Shown here one piece after another: positions 24,186 through 36,223 of a stretch of 36,223 bases of DNA. Under the pieces are notes generated by a model. It ran no database searches, was not told the DNA's origin, and saw nothing but the letters and a program-made list of their open reading frames with translations. A program made the position numbers and the translations under genes. This DNA comes from Welwitschia mirabilis (taxonomy: Eukaryota): assembly GCA_051453625.1 (NCBI GenBank), contig JBOZIK010000001.1, forward strand, positions 41,956,466-41,992,688, in the 5' to 3' direction. Positions within the stretch are counted from its first letter, which is position 1. The number at the start of each line of letters is the position of its first letter.

Positions 24186-24755
24186 CTTTTTTCACATCCT
24201 TAAGATGTTTCCTGATGGAAAATTATCAAAAGCTCTAGTTTCCATTACTTAATATTTATTTTTATTTCTTAAGTTTCTTTTTTTATAAATTGATTTAACT
24301 ATTACATTTTATAAATTTATATAGTTTTTCCTCATAATAATATTTACTTTTGGTCTAAAATCTTAATTGGTTGAACTTTAATTAAACAATTTAAAAGAAT
24401 ATCTACTTACTAATTAGAAATTATCTTTGTTTCATTAGCCAAATATTTTCTTAATAAGGATATGTGAAAAACATTTTGAAGAGTTAATAGATGTGGTCGT
24501 AAGGCTCATGCATAAGCTACTAGTCTAATTCTTTTGATAATCTAATAAGGTTTTATAAATCTTCAGACTAATTTTTTTCTTTTTATCAAACTTAAAAAAT
24601 CCTTTGAAAAGTGAGAATTTAAGAAAAACATGATCTTCTTTTTGAAACTCTATATGTTTTCTTTGGCAATTTACATACTTAACTTGTTTATCCTTCACCA
24701 CCTTTAATCTTTTTTTAGTCATTAACACTTTCTTTTCTAAATCTTGCGTATATGA
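24186..24755 (-). pseudogene. Gypsy (Tekay/Del chromovirus) integrase C-terminal remnant
   Basis: EKKVLMTKKRLKVVKDKQVKYVNCQRKHIEFQKEDHVFLKFSLFKGFFKFDKKKKIS matches EKV..I..RLK.AQDRQKSYAD.RR..LEF..GDHVFLKVSP.KG..RFGKKGKLS. Confidence 0.8.
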
Positions 24756-26010
24756 TGTTGGATTATGTTTTTCCAATTGATGTTAAACTAATTTCTTTTG
24801 TATAGTCAATGTTATATATTTTGTGTAGAAGATATTAAGGTTTTTGAAAGTTAAAAGATGGAACAAAAATAACCGGATCCTAAAGGGGTCGATCACACCT
24901 AAAGTTGTCAAAGGAAAATGAACTACTTCCAGAGGGGTTAATTGAATTCTGATGGGGTCGAATAGATCTATAACTTAGAGAACTAGAGTCCTTAAACTAA
25001 ATGAAATGGCGTTGATCGAATTTGAGGACTTGACAGATAGTACTCCCAAACCGAGAGTCAAGGGGTTGACTAGACCTAGGATGGAGTCAACAGGATCGAG
25101 ATGGGATCAACTGGACATGGAGAGGCAAAAACCTGGGGTGACCAAATCTTTCTCTTGAGCAACCTGTGTAATTCATGGCACCACATGGAGTCGACCAGAT
25201 TTTTGTGGAGTCGACTGGATGGTACCAAAAAGAAATTTTTCTAAACATCATGTATCCATTATCTAGCCATTAGGTATCCATTTTCTAGCTGTTTATAGCT
25301 ATTAGAGGTGCAATTCAAATGTAATAAATCATAATAGCCTTCCATTATAAATTTCTAAGCCATAGATAACCAAAAGATCTTTTTGGAACTATTATCACTT
25401 GGCTAAATCATTTGGGATCTGAAAGATTAAAGCTGTGCATTGACATACTTGTATCTTGGCTTCCACATTGCTAATAGGAGATGATATAACTTTGACATTC
25501 ATACTTCTTTCCACTTAGATCTAGATCTACGTTGGTGTATTTCTACAAGAGGAGAGCTCCATCTATTGTACTATTTTCAGAACGAGTAATATCTATGCTA
25601 TTGAGGCATTACTACATCACTACCATTGTTTTCTATAGGTTGAGACTAAGTCTTGAAAAGTTCGTTCTAAAGGTTGAGACTTAGCCTGGAAAAGTCCGCT
25701 TGTAAAAGTTACAGGTGAACCTAGAATACCTAGTGGAGTAACAGAGATCTGAGATCGAGCTTAGGAAAACCTGATCGTCGAGAGTGGAGTAGGGGAGTTT
25801 CCCGAACCACTATAAATCCGACTTGCATCAAATTGATAGTTTGTGCTTTTAGTTTTTGATTTTTTACTTTCAGTATTTTATCATTTTGTGCACATCCTAG
25901 AATAATTTATTTTCATATGCAAGTTGTGTTTCAAATAGGTTTATTTCAGATTAATAGTTAAGTTTTTGAAAGAACCTATTCACCCCCTTCTAGGGTTCTC
26001 GATCCTCTCA
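24756..26010 (+). mobile_element. Sirevirus solo LTR (1255 bp)
   Basis: TGTTGGATTATG...CCTATTCACCCCCTTCTAGGGTTCTCGATCCTCTCA; homologous to 224-2831, 29157-29489 and 35645-36223; no PBS or PPT adjacent. Confidence 0.88.
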
Positions 26011-26259
26011 CTTTCTAATTTATTTTTAATAAATTTTTTTAAATGCTTTAGAAGAATCAATTTTTTAAATAAATATAATTACAATTTCACTTAACCACTT
26101 AAAACAAGAAAAAGGAAAAATAACATTTTAAATTTAATTATACTTTTATATTTGAGACAAATTATTAATTGTCAAAGGATTTCATAGTCCTTACTAAAAT
26201 TCTCTTGGCCAATTATATTGGTATTTTATTTGTCACAATAAATAAAATTGAAAAGTTAG

Positions 26260-27147
26260 TTTTCATAGAATATGTATGTGTCAGCTTGATCATTGTCCAT
26301 TTGTAAAACCCACTTTCATCCCCTTTAGTAATGGTTTTAACCAAAGCTGTAAAACCAGAAAAATCTAACAAACAGTGGAATAAAGTAACTTCTGAAAGGA
26401 TGGAAACATCAACCATTGAACTGCAGACAAAACCCTGAAACATCAGTTCAGGCTAAATTGATAGTAACCACCGTAGTTTTACGCTAACACGGTGGCCTAA
26501 TTTTCGATGCGGCCACACCCTTTCTTGAAAAAGGTCTCTGATCTCACGCATTTAAGATGGAAAAAAAAATATGCTAGTGCCTAGAGAAGAGTTCAAATCA
26601 AAACAATTTAGGAAAGTTACAGAATTTACATAACCAAAGACTAACTACCAAAGCCTAAATACAAAACTGAAAGATGCAGAATTTGCTCAAACCTGCTTCG
26701 TTTGCCAATCGGCATGATTCATCTCAGGCAGACACGGTTCCATTACTTCAGATTCCAAATTACTTAGCTTCGATTCAATGTCCGCTAGAGATCTTCTTGC
26801 CAAATCAAGAGTCTCATGATCTGGCTTCTCTCCTAGAGAGTAGAGACTGAAGAATTTCTCTTAGCTATTTTACCTCAGATACAGCTTTAGCTATTGAAGC
26901 GGCTTTTTCTCTTAGTTGAACAGCTGAAGCAGCAAACTATTTTTTCAATGGTTTTAACCCTCCCCGAGCGCCGACTATTTGTATTTAAATTAACATTTAG
27001 GTGGTGCTTAGTCGTCTGTCATCGAGGCAGCGACTCATCGCCGTCAATCACTCAACAAGGTCATAGCGACTTAAGAAAAGTCGCCGGAGAAAATGCGAGG
27101 CGACTAATCGCTACGTTGGCATTTAGTCGCCACTTCTTTAATCACTG
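26260..27147 (-). mobile_element. One terminus of a probable hAT DNA transposon (truncated)
   Basis: Minus strand starts CAGTGATTAAAGAAGTGGCGACTAA. GCGACT/AGTCGC subterminal repeats cluster in both orientations at ~26960-27130. No second TIR found. Confidence 0.55.
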
Positions 27148-27391
27148 ATAAATTGTTTAAATTTCATTCAGCCAAGAGGCTTTGTGAGAATACCTACAAC
27201 TTGCTCCATTGTAGACACATTTTGCATTCCAATTAGTCCATTCTAAAGTGTTTGTATTATGTGAAACCATACCACACTCACAAGGGTCATTGGCTTGGCC
27301 TGCTTGGCTAGATAAAAAACCCATGGATGGCCCCTCTTGCTTTAAGGGTTGGCCAAAATGTCCAAGTCTCACCTATGATTCATACCCAAGT

Positions 27392-28421
27392 TGTTGAATC
27401 CCAAGCTTGAGTGCACCTTGAAAACTTGGATATAAATCTTAAGCCAACCCACACACCATAGAATTCAAACCCAAGACAAACATGGGCTGAACCAACTACA
27501 CTATGCAGTATGCACTAGGCTCTACTCCTGTGGATATTTAATTGTGTATTCACAAAACATTGTGTTGGCCCTTTTCTAGTGAAATTAACGCTATCCAAAA
27601 GCTTCCTAATCCAAATGACATTTTTTTTGTTCCTAAGATAAGAATAGGCCTCAACTAATGCATCTATAAGTAATTTCTCCATTTGGATCTCCCAGGAATT
27701 AGTAAAGATCCAAACCTGTTACTTTCACATACACAAATGGAAGTGCACATAGGACACTAGCACACAACTCTTCTACACCAATGCATTTGCAATGGTGACT
27801 ACATATTATACTAGCAGGCAGCTTTAGTATGCTAGCCTATAATGCAGTAATGATCACATATTTTATGAAACCTAAAAGACACATATATTGACGTTTAACT
27901 TTTTTAAGGTTCACTTTCGCTAGTGGATAACTCCTCCATCTACCAAAAATATTTTGATATGTGAAGCATTATACTAGCAAGCAGCTTTAGTATGCTGGCC
28001 TATAATGCAGTAATGATCACATATTTTATGAAACCTAAAAGACACATATATTGAACTTTTTTAAGGTTCACTTTTGCTAGTGGATAACTCCTCCATCTAC
28101 CAAAAATATTTTGATATGTGGAGCCAAATATATTATTTATGCTATAATGTTATGTTTTAACATTGACCCTTATTAAAAGTTGTAAAAGGCATTGGCTTGT
28201 AACCCTAACCCTAAGGCTATATAAATCTGTTAGAGGGTGGTTTGTTGGATCTAGACACATGTTGCTCCTAATCAATCAATAGAGTTCTACATTGCTTCTC
28301 ATGGACATAGGATAAAAAGAGCCGGAACCATGTAAATTCTGTGTTGTTTCTTTTGTGTGCCTATTGTTCCATTTTGTTTTAGTACTTTCTTGTGTGCTCG
28401 CTTTGCTGCCTCCATTCCACA
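27392..28421 (+). mobile_element. Probable 5' LTR of a Tork-like copia; start uncertain
   Basis: TGTTGAAT start candidate, GGCTATATAAAT TATA at ~28215, U5-like ending CCTCCATTCCACA, gag ATG 140 bp downstream. Confidence 0.5.
27805..28124. repeat. Tandem duplication of a ~160-bp unit
   Basis: 27805-27967 and 27968-28124 are near-identical and have no N gap between them. Confidence 0.9.
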
Positions 28422-28560
28422 GGTCGTGAGTGAACGATGCAAAAGGCATTTTCGCGAGCGAAGTGAGTGGGTTGCGAGTGTAGCGAGCCCTTTGCGAAGT
28501 GCATGAAGCGCGCGAGCGAAATTTCATTAGCAAGTCCAAATCAAAGTGCTAGGGTTTCAA

Positions 28561-29056
28561 ATGGAGCATTTACAAACAACAGACAGACTTTCTAGCCCAG
28601 AAAATTGGGATGTGTGGAAAATCTTGATGGAAGACATTTTGCCACAAAAGGGATGTAAACTTGCTCTAAAGACAAAAGCACAAGCAAAGGTAGGTCTAAA
28701 GATGGACCATACTGCTTAGTTGGCCTTCATGCCAGATGCCAAATGGGACAAGATAAATTCCAATACCTTGTCTTTCATTCGCCCCTGTCTCAGCAATAGC
28801 ATTTTGAAGGCTCATTCAAGAGTCCTAGTTGCGCAAGAACTCTGGCAAAAGTTGAAAGACCGGTACGATTAGCCATCTATGATAAATATGTATGTGGTCC
28901 TTAGCCAAGTCTTTACTACAAAAATGAAGGAAGGAACAAAATTTTTAAGTCATTTGGATGAGATGCAAAACATATTTTCGCAAATTGATGATCTTGGGAT
29001 CACATTTACGGAGGAGATGCACATTACTGCTATTTTGATTTCATTGGCTCGGAGCT
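28561..29056 (+). pseudogene. Copia gag (Tork/Tnt1-like UBN2), two in-frame stops, truncated at a gap
   Basis: MEHLQTTDRLSSPENWDVWKILMEDIL.QKG..W..I...LS.IR.CLSNSIL...ELWQKLKDRY..KMKEGT....HLDE....A.L.SL. Confidence 0.85.
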
Positions 29057-29491
29057 NNNNNNNNNNNNNNNNNNNNNNNNNNNNNNNNNNNNNNNNNNNN
29101 NNNNNNNNNNNNNNNNNNNNNNNNNNNNNNNNNNNNNNNNNNNNNNNNNNNNNNNNAGAAAATTTCATTTATAAAGGTTACAGGTAAACCTAGAATACCT
29201 GGTGGAGTAACAGAGATTCAAGATCTAGCTTGGGAGAAGCTGATCATTGAGAGTGAAGTAGGGGAGTTTCCCAAACCACTATAAATCCGGCTTGCATCAA
29301 AGTGGTAGTTTGTACTTTTGTTTCTTAATTCTTTACTTTTAGTAGTTTAGCTTATTGTGCACTTCATAGAATAAATTTTTTTATGTAAGCTATTTAGATT
29401 GATTAATCTCATATTAATTGTTAAATTTTTTGAAAGAACCTATTGACCCCTCCTCCCCTCCCGCTTCCCCAGGGTTCTTGATCCTATCATT

Positions 29492-29503
29492 TGGTATCAG
29501 AGC
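29492..29503 (+). promoter_or_regulatory. Primer binding site (tRNA-iMet)
   Basis: Perfect TGGTATCAGAGC, 2 nt after the LTR end TATCA. Confidence 0.95.
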
Positions 29504-29552
29504 AAGTTAAGTTATTTTCACAAATCTTAGCTGATCTAGAATTAAAACCCAT

Positions 29553-30400
29553 AATGGTTGTACTTTTTAATGATTCTTTAAGATTGCCCTCCCTCGATAC
29601 ATGTGATTTTATCTGTATATGTTAGATAGCATATGACTATTTTTTTAAACAGATTATAGCCAGTGAAAACACACAGGAATCAAGTGAAAGATACAAAAGA
29701 AATGTTCAAGATCGTAACAAAGAAATGAGATTTTCTTTTATGGCACTTGTACATCATTTGCAGGATATGTCAAACACATTAGTTTATAATGCCCATGATA
29801 TGAGAAATGAAGATCAAGAATATTTAAAAGACACTTATCAAGAGGTATGTTAAGAATGTGAAAAGCTGGTTAGAAGAATAAATGACTTGAGCAAGGTTAT
29901 AAAATCCCTTACCAAGGAAAAGGAAGAAATGGAATCAAGCCTCAAAAGAGTTAAATCCAAAAACTTCAATCTCACTTTGTAGGTAAANNNNNNNNNNNNN
30001 NNNNNNNNNNNNNNNNNNNNNNNNNNNNNNNNNNNNNNNNNNNNNNNNNNNNNNNNNNNNNNNNNNNNNNNNNNNNNNNNNNNNNNNCTTACCAAGGAAA
30101 AGGAAGAAATGGAATCAAGCCTCAAAAGAGTTAAATTCAAAAACTCTAACCTCACTTTGCAGGTAAACGAATTATCTTATTTTGTTAAAAAATTTTTAGG
30201 TGGATATACTAAATTGGAACAAATGATTGGAGTTTAGAAATTGGTTGGCAGTAAATCAGGAATTGGTTTCATCTCTCAAAAACCCTAAAAATAGCAAAAT
30301 TGGATAACCAGTAATGGTAAATTCTTTTCAAAATTTATTTATCATTTTTGTGATAGAATAGGCCATTTAAAACTCTTTTGCAGTGATAGAAAATTAATTT
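29553..30400 (+). pseudogene. Short Sirevirus gag remnant (coiled-coil, GIGF motif, zinc knuckle)
   Basis: SFMAL..., ECEKLVRRINDL..LTKEKEEMESSL, KLEQMIG...KSGIGF and HFCDRIGHLKLFC. Confidence 0.65.
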
Positions 30401-30539
30401 TGTTTTCAAACTTAGTTAGTTCATTTCCATTTAATTTTTTTTCCTAAAGGAGGTATACCATGTAAGTCTAAAAAGACTATGTGGGTGAAAGGTAATGATC
30501 TCTTTGTTAATTTAGATAACTTTAAAGGTCTTAAATAGC

Positions 30540-33500
30540 ACAAGTTGGTAGCTTGATAGTGGATGTTTAAGGCATATAACAGGAGAGAAATCCAGATTCA
30601 AACATCTAAGATACTTTTATGGAGGAGAAGTAACTTTCAGGGACAATAGAAGAGCAAGAGTAAAAGGCATTAGAAGCTTTAGTGGAGTTAACCTTTCTAG
30701 AATTAATGAAGTTTTGTATGTAAGTGATTTAAAGCACAATTTACTAAGTATTCATCAAATTTGTGACAAAGGTCACAAAGTAGTTTTTGATAAATCGAAA
30801 TGTGAAATTATGCATGGAAAATCGAATGATGTAATTCTTAGAGCTAGTAACATAGATAATGTTTATAGCATTGATCAATCATTTTCTCCATGTTATTTTT
30901 CGAATGTTCCTCAAGATAAGTTATGGCATAAATGTTTAGGTCATTTAATTATGATTAATTAAAAATGATTATTCGTAAGAAAATCATTAGAGAAATCCCT
31001 AAGATAAACATAAAAAAACAAGGGTTGTGTGATGCATGCCAAAAGGGAAAACAAATTAGGACTTATCATAAGAGTAAAACACAAGCTTTCACATCTATGC
31101 TATTAGAACTTATTCATATGGATTTAGTTAGATCTGATCAAACACAAAGTCTAGGTGGAAAATGTTATTTCCTTATAATGGTTGATGTTTACTCTAGATA
31201 TACTTAGATAGCCTTCTTGACTAACAAGTCTAAGGCTTACAAGCATTGGATTGAAATTTGCAAAAAAATCTAAAATGAAAAAGGTTATACCATAAAGAAA
31301 ATAAGAAGTGATCATGTGGTGAATTTGAAAATCATTTTTTTGAGAAATATCATGTTGAAAATAGTATTGATCATCAGTTTCAGCTCCAAAAACACCACAA
31401 AAAAATGGTATAACTGAAAGAAATAGTAGAGTTCTTCAAGAAATGACTTGAACTATATTAAATGATAAGGAAGTACTAAGATCTTTTTGGGCTGAGGTAG
31501 TTAGCATAGTTTGCTACATTATTAACAGAGTATATCTTAAATCTAGTACTAATAAAATACCTTATGAATTATGAACAGGAAGACAACCAAATCTATCATA
31601 CTTTAAAGTTTTTAGAAGTAAATTCTATGTCCTAAAAGGTAAAGAACACTTGAGTAAGTTTGAATCAAAAGTAGATGAAGCTATCTTCTTATTCTACGAA
31701 AGTAGATCCTATTGTATTTTTAATAAAAGAAGCTTAACAATAGAAGAATTAATAAATGTGAAAATTGATGAGTTGACACAAAACCTAACTGCATAGATGA
31801 GGAAGAAATCATAACTATAAGTATTCCCACATCAAATGAGGTTGCTACCAAACCAAATAAGATTCAAGTAAAATAAGGCATTTCAAAAAAGCCTAAACTT
31901 CTTAAATTCATTATTGGAAAACTTAAATCAAAATTAAAGACAAGAGTTTCTATGAAAAATTTATGTGCTCATGTTTGNNNNNNNNNNNNNNNNNNNNNNN
32001 NNNNNNNNNNNNNNNNNNNNNNNNNNNNNNNNNNNNNNNNNNNNNNNNNNNNNNNNNNNNNNNNNNNNNNNNNNNNNNNNNNNNNNNNNNNNNNNNNNNN
32101 NNNNNNNNNNNNNNNNNNNNNNNNNNNNNNNNNNNNNNNNNNNNNNNNNNNNNNNNNNNNNNNNNNNNNNNNNNNNNNNNNNNNNNNNNNNNNNNNNNNN
32201 NNNNNNNNNNNNNNNNNNNNNNNNNNNNNNNNNNNNNNNNNNNNNNNNNNNNNNNNNNNNNNNNNNNNNNNNNNNNNNNNNNNNNNNNNNNNNNNNNNNN
32301 NNNNNNNNNNNNNNNNNNNNNNNNNNNNNNNNNNNNNNNNNNNNNNNNNNNNNNNNNNNNNNNNNNNNNNNNNNNNNNNNNNNNNNNNNNNNNNNNNNNN
32401 NNNNNNNNNNNNNNNNNNNNNNNNNNNNNNNNNNNNNNNNNNNNNNNNNNNNNNNNNNNNNNNNNNNNNNNNNNNNNNNNNNNNNNNNNNNNNNNNNNNN
32501 NNNNNNNNNNNNNNNNNNNNNNNNNNNNNNNNNNNNNNNNNNNNNNNNNNNNNNNNNNNNNNNNNNNNNNNNNNNNNNNNNNNNNNNNNNNNNNNNNNNN
32601 NNNNNNNNNNNNNNNNNNNNNNNNNNNNNNNNNNNNNNNNNNNNNNNNNNNNNNNNNNNNNNNNNNNNNNNNNNNNNNNNNNNNNNNNNNNNNNNNNNNN
32701 NNNNNNNNNNNNNNNNNNNNNNNNNNNNNNNNNNNNNNNNNNNNNNNNNNNNNNNNNNNNNNNNNNNNNNNNNNNNNNNAATAGAAGGCATTGATGTAGG
32801 AGATACTTTTGCTCCTATTGCAAGGTTGGATAGCATTAGAATGTTTTTATCTTTTGCAGCCTTTAAGAACTTTAAAGTATATCAAATGGATGTAAAGAGT
32901 GCTTTACTAAATGGATCATTAATGGAAGAAGTTTATGCTAAAGTACCACAAGGTTGTATTAACCCTTATAATTTTGATCATGTGTATAGGATTAAGAAAG
33001 CTTTATATGGATTAAAATGAGCTCCAAGAGCATGGTATAAAAAGCTAACTACTTTTTTAAATGAAAGTGGATATGTTCAAGGAATGGTAGATAAAACTTT
33101 ATTACTGAAAAAATTGAAAAATGATTTCATTATTATATAGATTTATGTAGACGATATTATTTTTAGTGCCTTAAGGGAAAAGTTATTAAAAGAATTTGCA
33201 AATATTATGACAACTCAGTTTGAAATGGGTATTCTTGGTAAAGTTAAAATATTTCTTGGACTTCAGATTAAACAATCCCAAGATGGAATATTTATCTCTC
33301 AATCTAAATATACAAGAGATTTAATCAAATAATTTGGTTTAGAAAATGCAAAGACAATTGATACTTCTGTGTCTACATCATGTAAAGTAAGTTTTGATGA
33401 AAATGGTAAATCAATAGATCAAAAACTTTACAGAAGCATGATTGGTAATTTGTTGTACTTAACTATAAGTAGACTAGATATCATGTTTTATGTTAAAGTA

Positions 33501-35015
33501 TGTGTAATATATCAATCCAATTCAAAAGAATCGCATCTTCAAGCAGTAAAAAGAATAATCAGGTATGTAAAAGGGATGTGTGATTATGACTTATGGTATT
33601 CCAATGAAACATCTTTTAATCTTATAGGTTTGAGTGATGAAAATTAGGCTAGCTGTAAAGATGATAGAAAAAGCATAAGTGGAAATTGCTTTCTTCTAGG
33701 TTCATATCTAATAAGATGGGTAAGTAAGAAATAAAACTCTATTTCACTCTCTACTGCAGAAGCTGAATATATTGCAGCAGGTAGTTGTTTCACTCACCTT
33801 TTATGGATGAAAGAAATGTTAAAAGATTTTGGTGTTACTTTTGAATAGGTTCCTATTTTTTATGATAACACTAGTGTTATTAATATATTTAAAAATCTAG
33901 TTCAGCACTCAAGAATGAAGCATATTGAACTTAGANNNNNNNNNNNNNNNNNNNNNNNNNNNNNNNNNNNNNNNNNNNNNNNNNNNNNNNNNNNNNNNNN
34001 NNNNNNNNNNNNNNNNNNNNNNNNNNNNNNNNNNNNNNNNNNNNNNNNNNNNNNNNNNNNNNNNNNNNNNNNNNNNNNNNNNNNNNNNNNNNNNNNNNNN
34101 NNNNNNNNNNNNNNNNNNNNNNNNNNNNNNNNNNNNNNNNNNNNNNNNNNNNNNNNNNNNNNNNNNNNNNNNNNNNNNNNNNNNNNNNNNNNNNNNNNNN
34201 NNNNNNNNNNNNNNNNNNNNNNNNNNNNNNNNNNNNNNNNNNNNNNNNNNNNNNNNNNNNNNNNNNNNNNNNNNNNNNNNNNNNNNNNNNNNNNNNNNNN
34301 NNNNNNNNNNNNNNNNNNNNNNNNNNNNNNNNNNNNNNNNNNNNNNNNNNNNNNNNNNNNNNNNNNNNNNNNNNNNNNNNNNNNNNNNNNNNNNNNNNNN
34401 NNNNNNNNNNNNNNNNNNNNNNNNNNNNNNNNNNNNNNNNNNNNNNNNNNNNNNNNNNNNNNNNNNNNNNNNNNNNNNNNNNNNNNNNNNNNNNNNNNNN
34501 NNNNNNNNNNNNNNNNNNNNNNNNNNNNNNNNNNNNNNNNNNNNNNNNNNNNNNNNNNNNNNNNNNNNNNNNNNNNNNNNNNNNNNNNNNNNNNNNNNNN
34601 NNNNNNNNNNNNNNNNNNNNNNNNNNNNNNNNNNNNNNNNNNNNNNNNNNNNNNNNNNNNNNNNNNNNNNNNNNNNNNNNNNNNNNNNNNNNNNNNNNNN
34701 NNNNNNNNNNNNNNNNNNNNNNNNNNNNNNNNNNNNNNNNNNNNNNNNNNNNNNNNNNNNNNNNNNNNNNNNNNNNNNNNNNNNNNNNNNNNNNNNNNNN
34801 NNNNNNNNNNNNNNNNNNNNNNNNNNNNNNNNNNNNNNNNNNNNNNNNNNNNNNNNNNNNNNNNNNNNNNNNNNNNNNNNNNNNNNNNNNNNNNNNNNNN
34901 NNNNNNNNNNNNNNNNNNNNATAATTAGTAGAAATTTTTACTAAACCTCTAAAATTTAATACTTTTATTCATCTCAGATATGAACTGGGGGTTCTCTTGC
35001 TGTCCTATAGTTAAT
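30540..35015 (+). pseudogene. Sirevirus pol (protease, integrase, RT, RNase H), degenerate and gapped
   Basis: W*LDSGCLRHITGEK, LKHNLLSIHQICDKG, LWHKCLGH, CDACQKGKQ, LELIHMDL, TFAPIARLDSIR, YQMDVKSA, KKALYGLK, YVDDII, YRSMIGNLLYLT and MKHIELR. Confidence 0.92.
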
Positions 35016-35644
35016 AGCAGGGCGATCGACCAAACTTGATATTCAATCAACTGCAATAAGTCAGTTGACCAGTTTTACACGCGGTCGCTCAGTTCCTTAG
35101 AGTTCTGTAGTTGTCATAGCAATAGAACAAAAGATTGTTATTTATTTTTTTATTTCTATTTTGATCTCTTGATAATTTCTGAGGAATTTTATCTATAAAT
35201 TTTGAATATTTTAATGTTTTATTCCATCTTATCATCTTAATCATAGCTCAATTGGTTTTCTTTTGAACTTTATGAATTGAAAATTATCATCTCCTTTACA
35301 TACGTACTTTGCAATGCTATCATGATTATTATTATTATACATGGCATAAAGTTAGGGGAAGAAAAATTTGATATTTTTAGTTACATATTTAAGGTTTATA
35401 TTTCTTTGCCATTGATGTCAAAGGGGGAGAAATTGTAGTGTTTTCTAAAAATATGCATTAACTAAAAATGGTTTACTTTAGAAATATTTTTTTATATACC
35501 CTTTGTTTAATGTTGTTTATATGACTTTGTGTAAGGGAGAGTCTTATTATGATAATATGCATTAAATTTGTTTAGTGAAAGATCTTAATTTTGTTTGGTC
35601 TTAAAATCACTTATTTTTTTACCATTAATATCAAAGGGAGAGAT

Positions 35645-36223
35645 TATTGAATTATGTTTTACCAATTAATGTCAAACTAATGTCTTTTGTATAGCCAATG
35701 CTGTATATTTTTTTGTAAAACATATTAAGGCTTTTGCAGGTTAAAAGATGGACTAAAATAACCAGATCTAAAAGGGTTGACTACACTTGAAGCTGTCAAA
35801 GAAAAATGAACTACTTCCAGAGGGGTTGACTAGATTTTGATGGGGTCGACTGGACCTATAACTTAGAGAACCAGAGTTCCTGAACCAAATGAAAATGGGT
35901 CGATTAGATTTTCATGGGGTCGATTAGATTCGAGGACCTGACAAACAGTACTCCCAGACTAAGAGTCAAGGTGTCGATAGTATCCATGATGGGTCGATCA
36001 GACTAGGGTTGATCAGACCCAAATGGGGTTAATAAGATATGGAGACGTAAAAACCTAGGCAACCAAATCTTTCTCTTGGGTGACCTGTGTAATCCACGGC
36101 ACCACATGGGATCGATCTAATTTTTGTGAGGTCGATTGAAAAATGTAGAAAAGAAATTTTTCTAAACATTATGTATCCATTATCTAGTCATTAGGTAGCC
36201 ATTTTCTAGCCATTAAATCTGTT
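35645..36223 (+). repeat. Sirevirus 3' LTR (partial)
   Basis: Follows PPT AAAGGGAGAGAT; collinear with 24756-25300. Confidence 0.9.

Larger units (their letters stand above)
29157..36223 (+). mobile_element. Near-complete degenerate Sirevirus (SIRE) element without an env-like ORF
   Basis: 5' LTR end at 29489, PBS, gag remnant, PR, INT, RT, RH, three PPT-like motifs, and a 3' LTR from 35645 running off the window. Confidence 0.9.

Noticed and set aside
28200-28214. TAACCCTAACCCTAA telomere-like motif
   Set aside because: Only 2.5 units, next to an LTR TATA box; too short for an interstitial telomere.
29908-30167. 80-bp direct repeat in gag
   Set aside because: Flanks a 100-N gap; assembly overlap.
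1421-34944. Long ORFs (250-376 aa) in the ORF track
   Set aside because: They consist almost entirely of X residues from N gaps.

Overview
AT-rich plant nuclear DNA from a gappy draft assembly (many 100-N placeholder gaps, several ~0.4-1 kb N runs). It consists almost entirely of nested, degenerate retrotransposons; no intact protein-coding gene, RNA gene or CRISPR array is visible. Main elements: (i) four same-strand LTR copies of one Sirevirus (SIRE, Ty1/copia) family, including a near-complete element at 29157-36223 and a solo LTR at 24756-26010; (ii) a full-length Ivana-like copia on the minus strand (5155-11521) with paired LTRs, PBS, PPT and a 5-bp TSD; (iii) a truncated plus-strand copia, a Tork-like copia gag, a Tekay-like gypsy remnant and one hAT terminus. 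The most unusual content is a set of CpG-rich host-gene fragments: an intronless purple acid phosphatase (PAP/NPP) N-terminal fragment split in frame by the copia insertion, an adjacent WDR5-like WD40 repeat, unidentified coding-like pieces, and a histone H3/CENH3-like C-terminal fragment. All family calls come from motif recognition by eye; no database searches were run.
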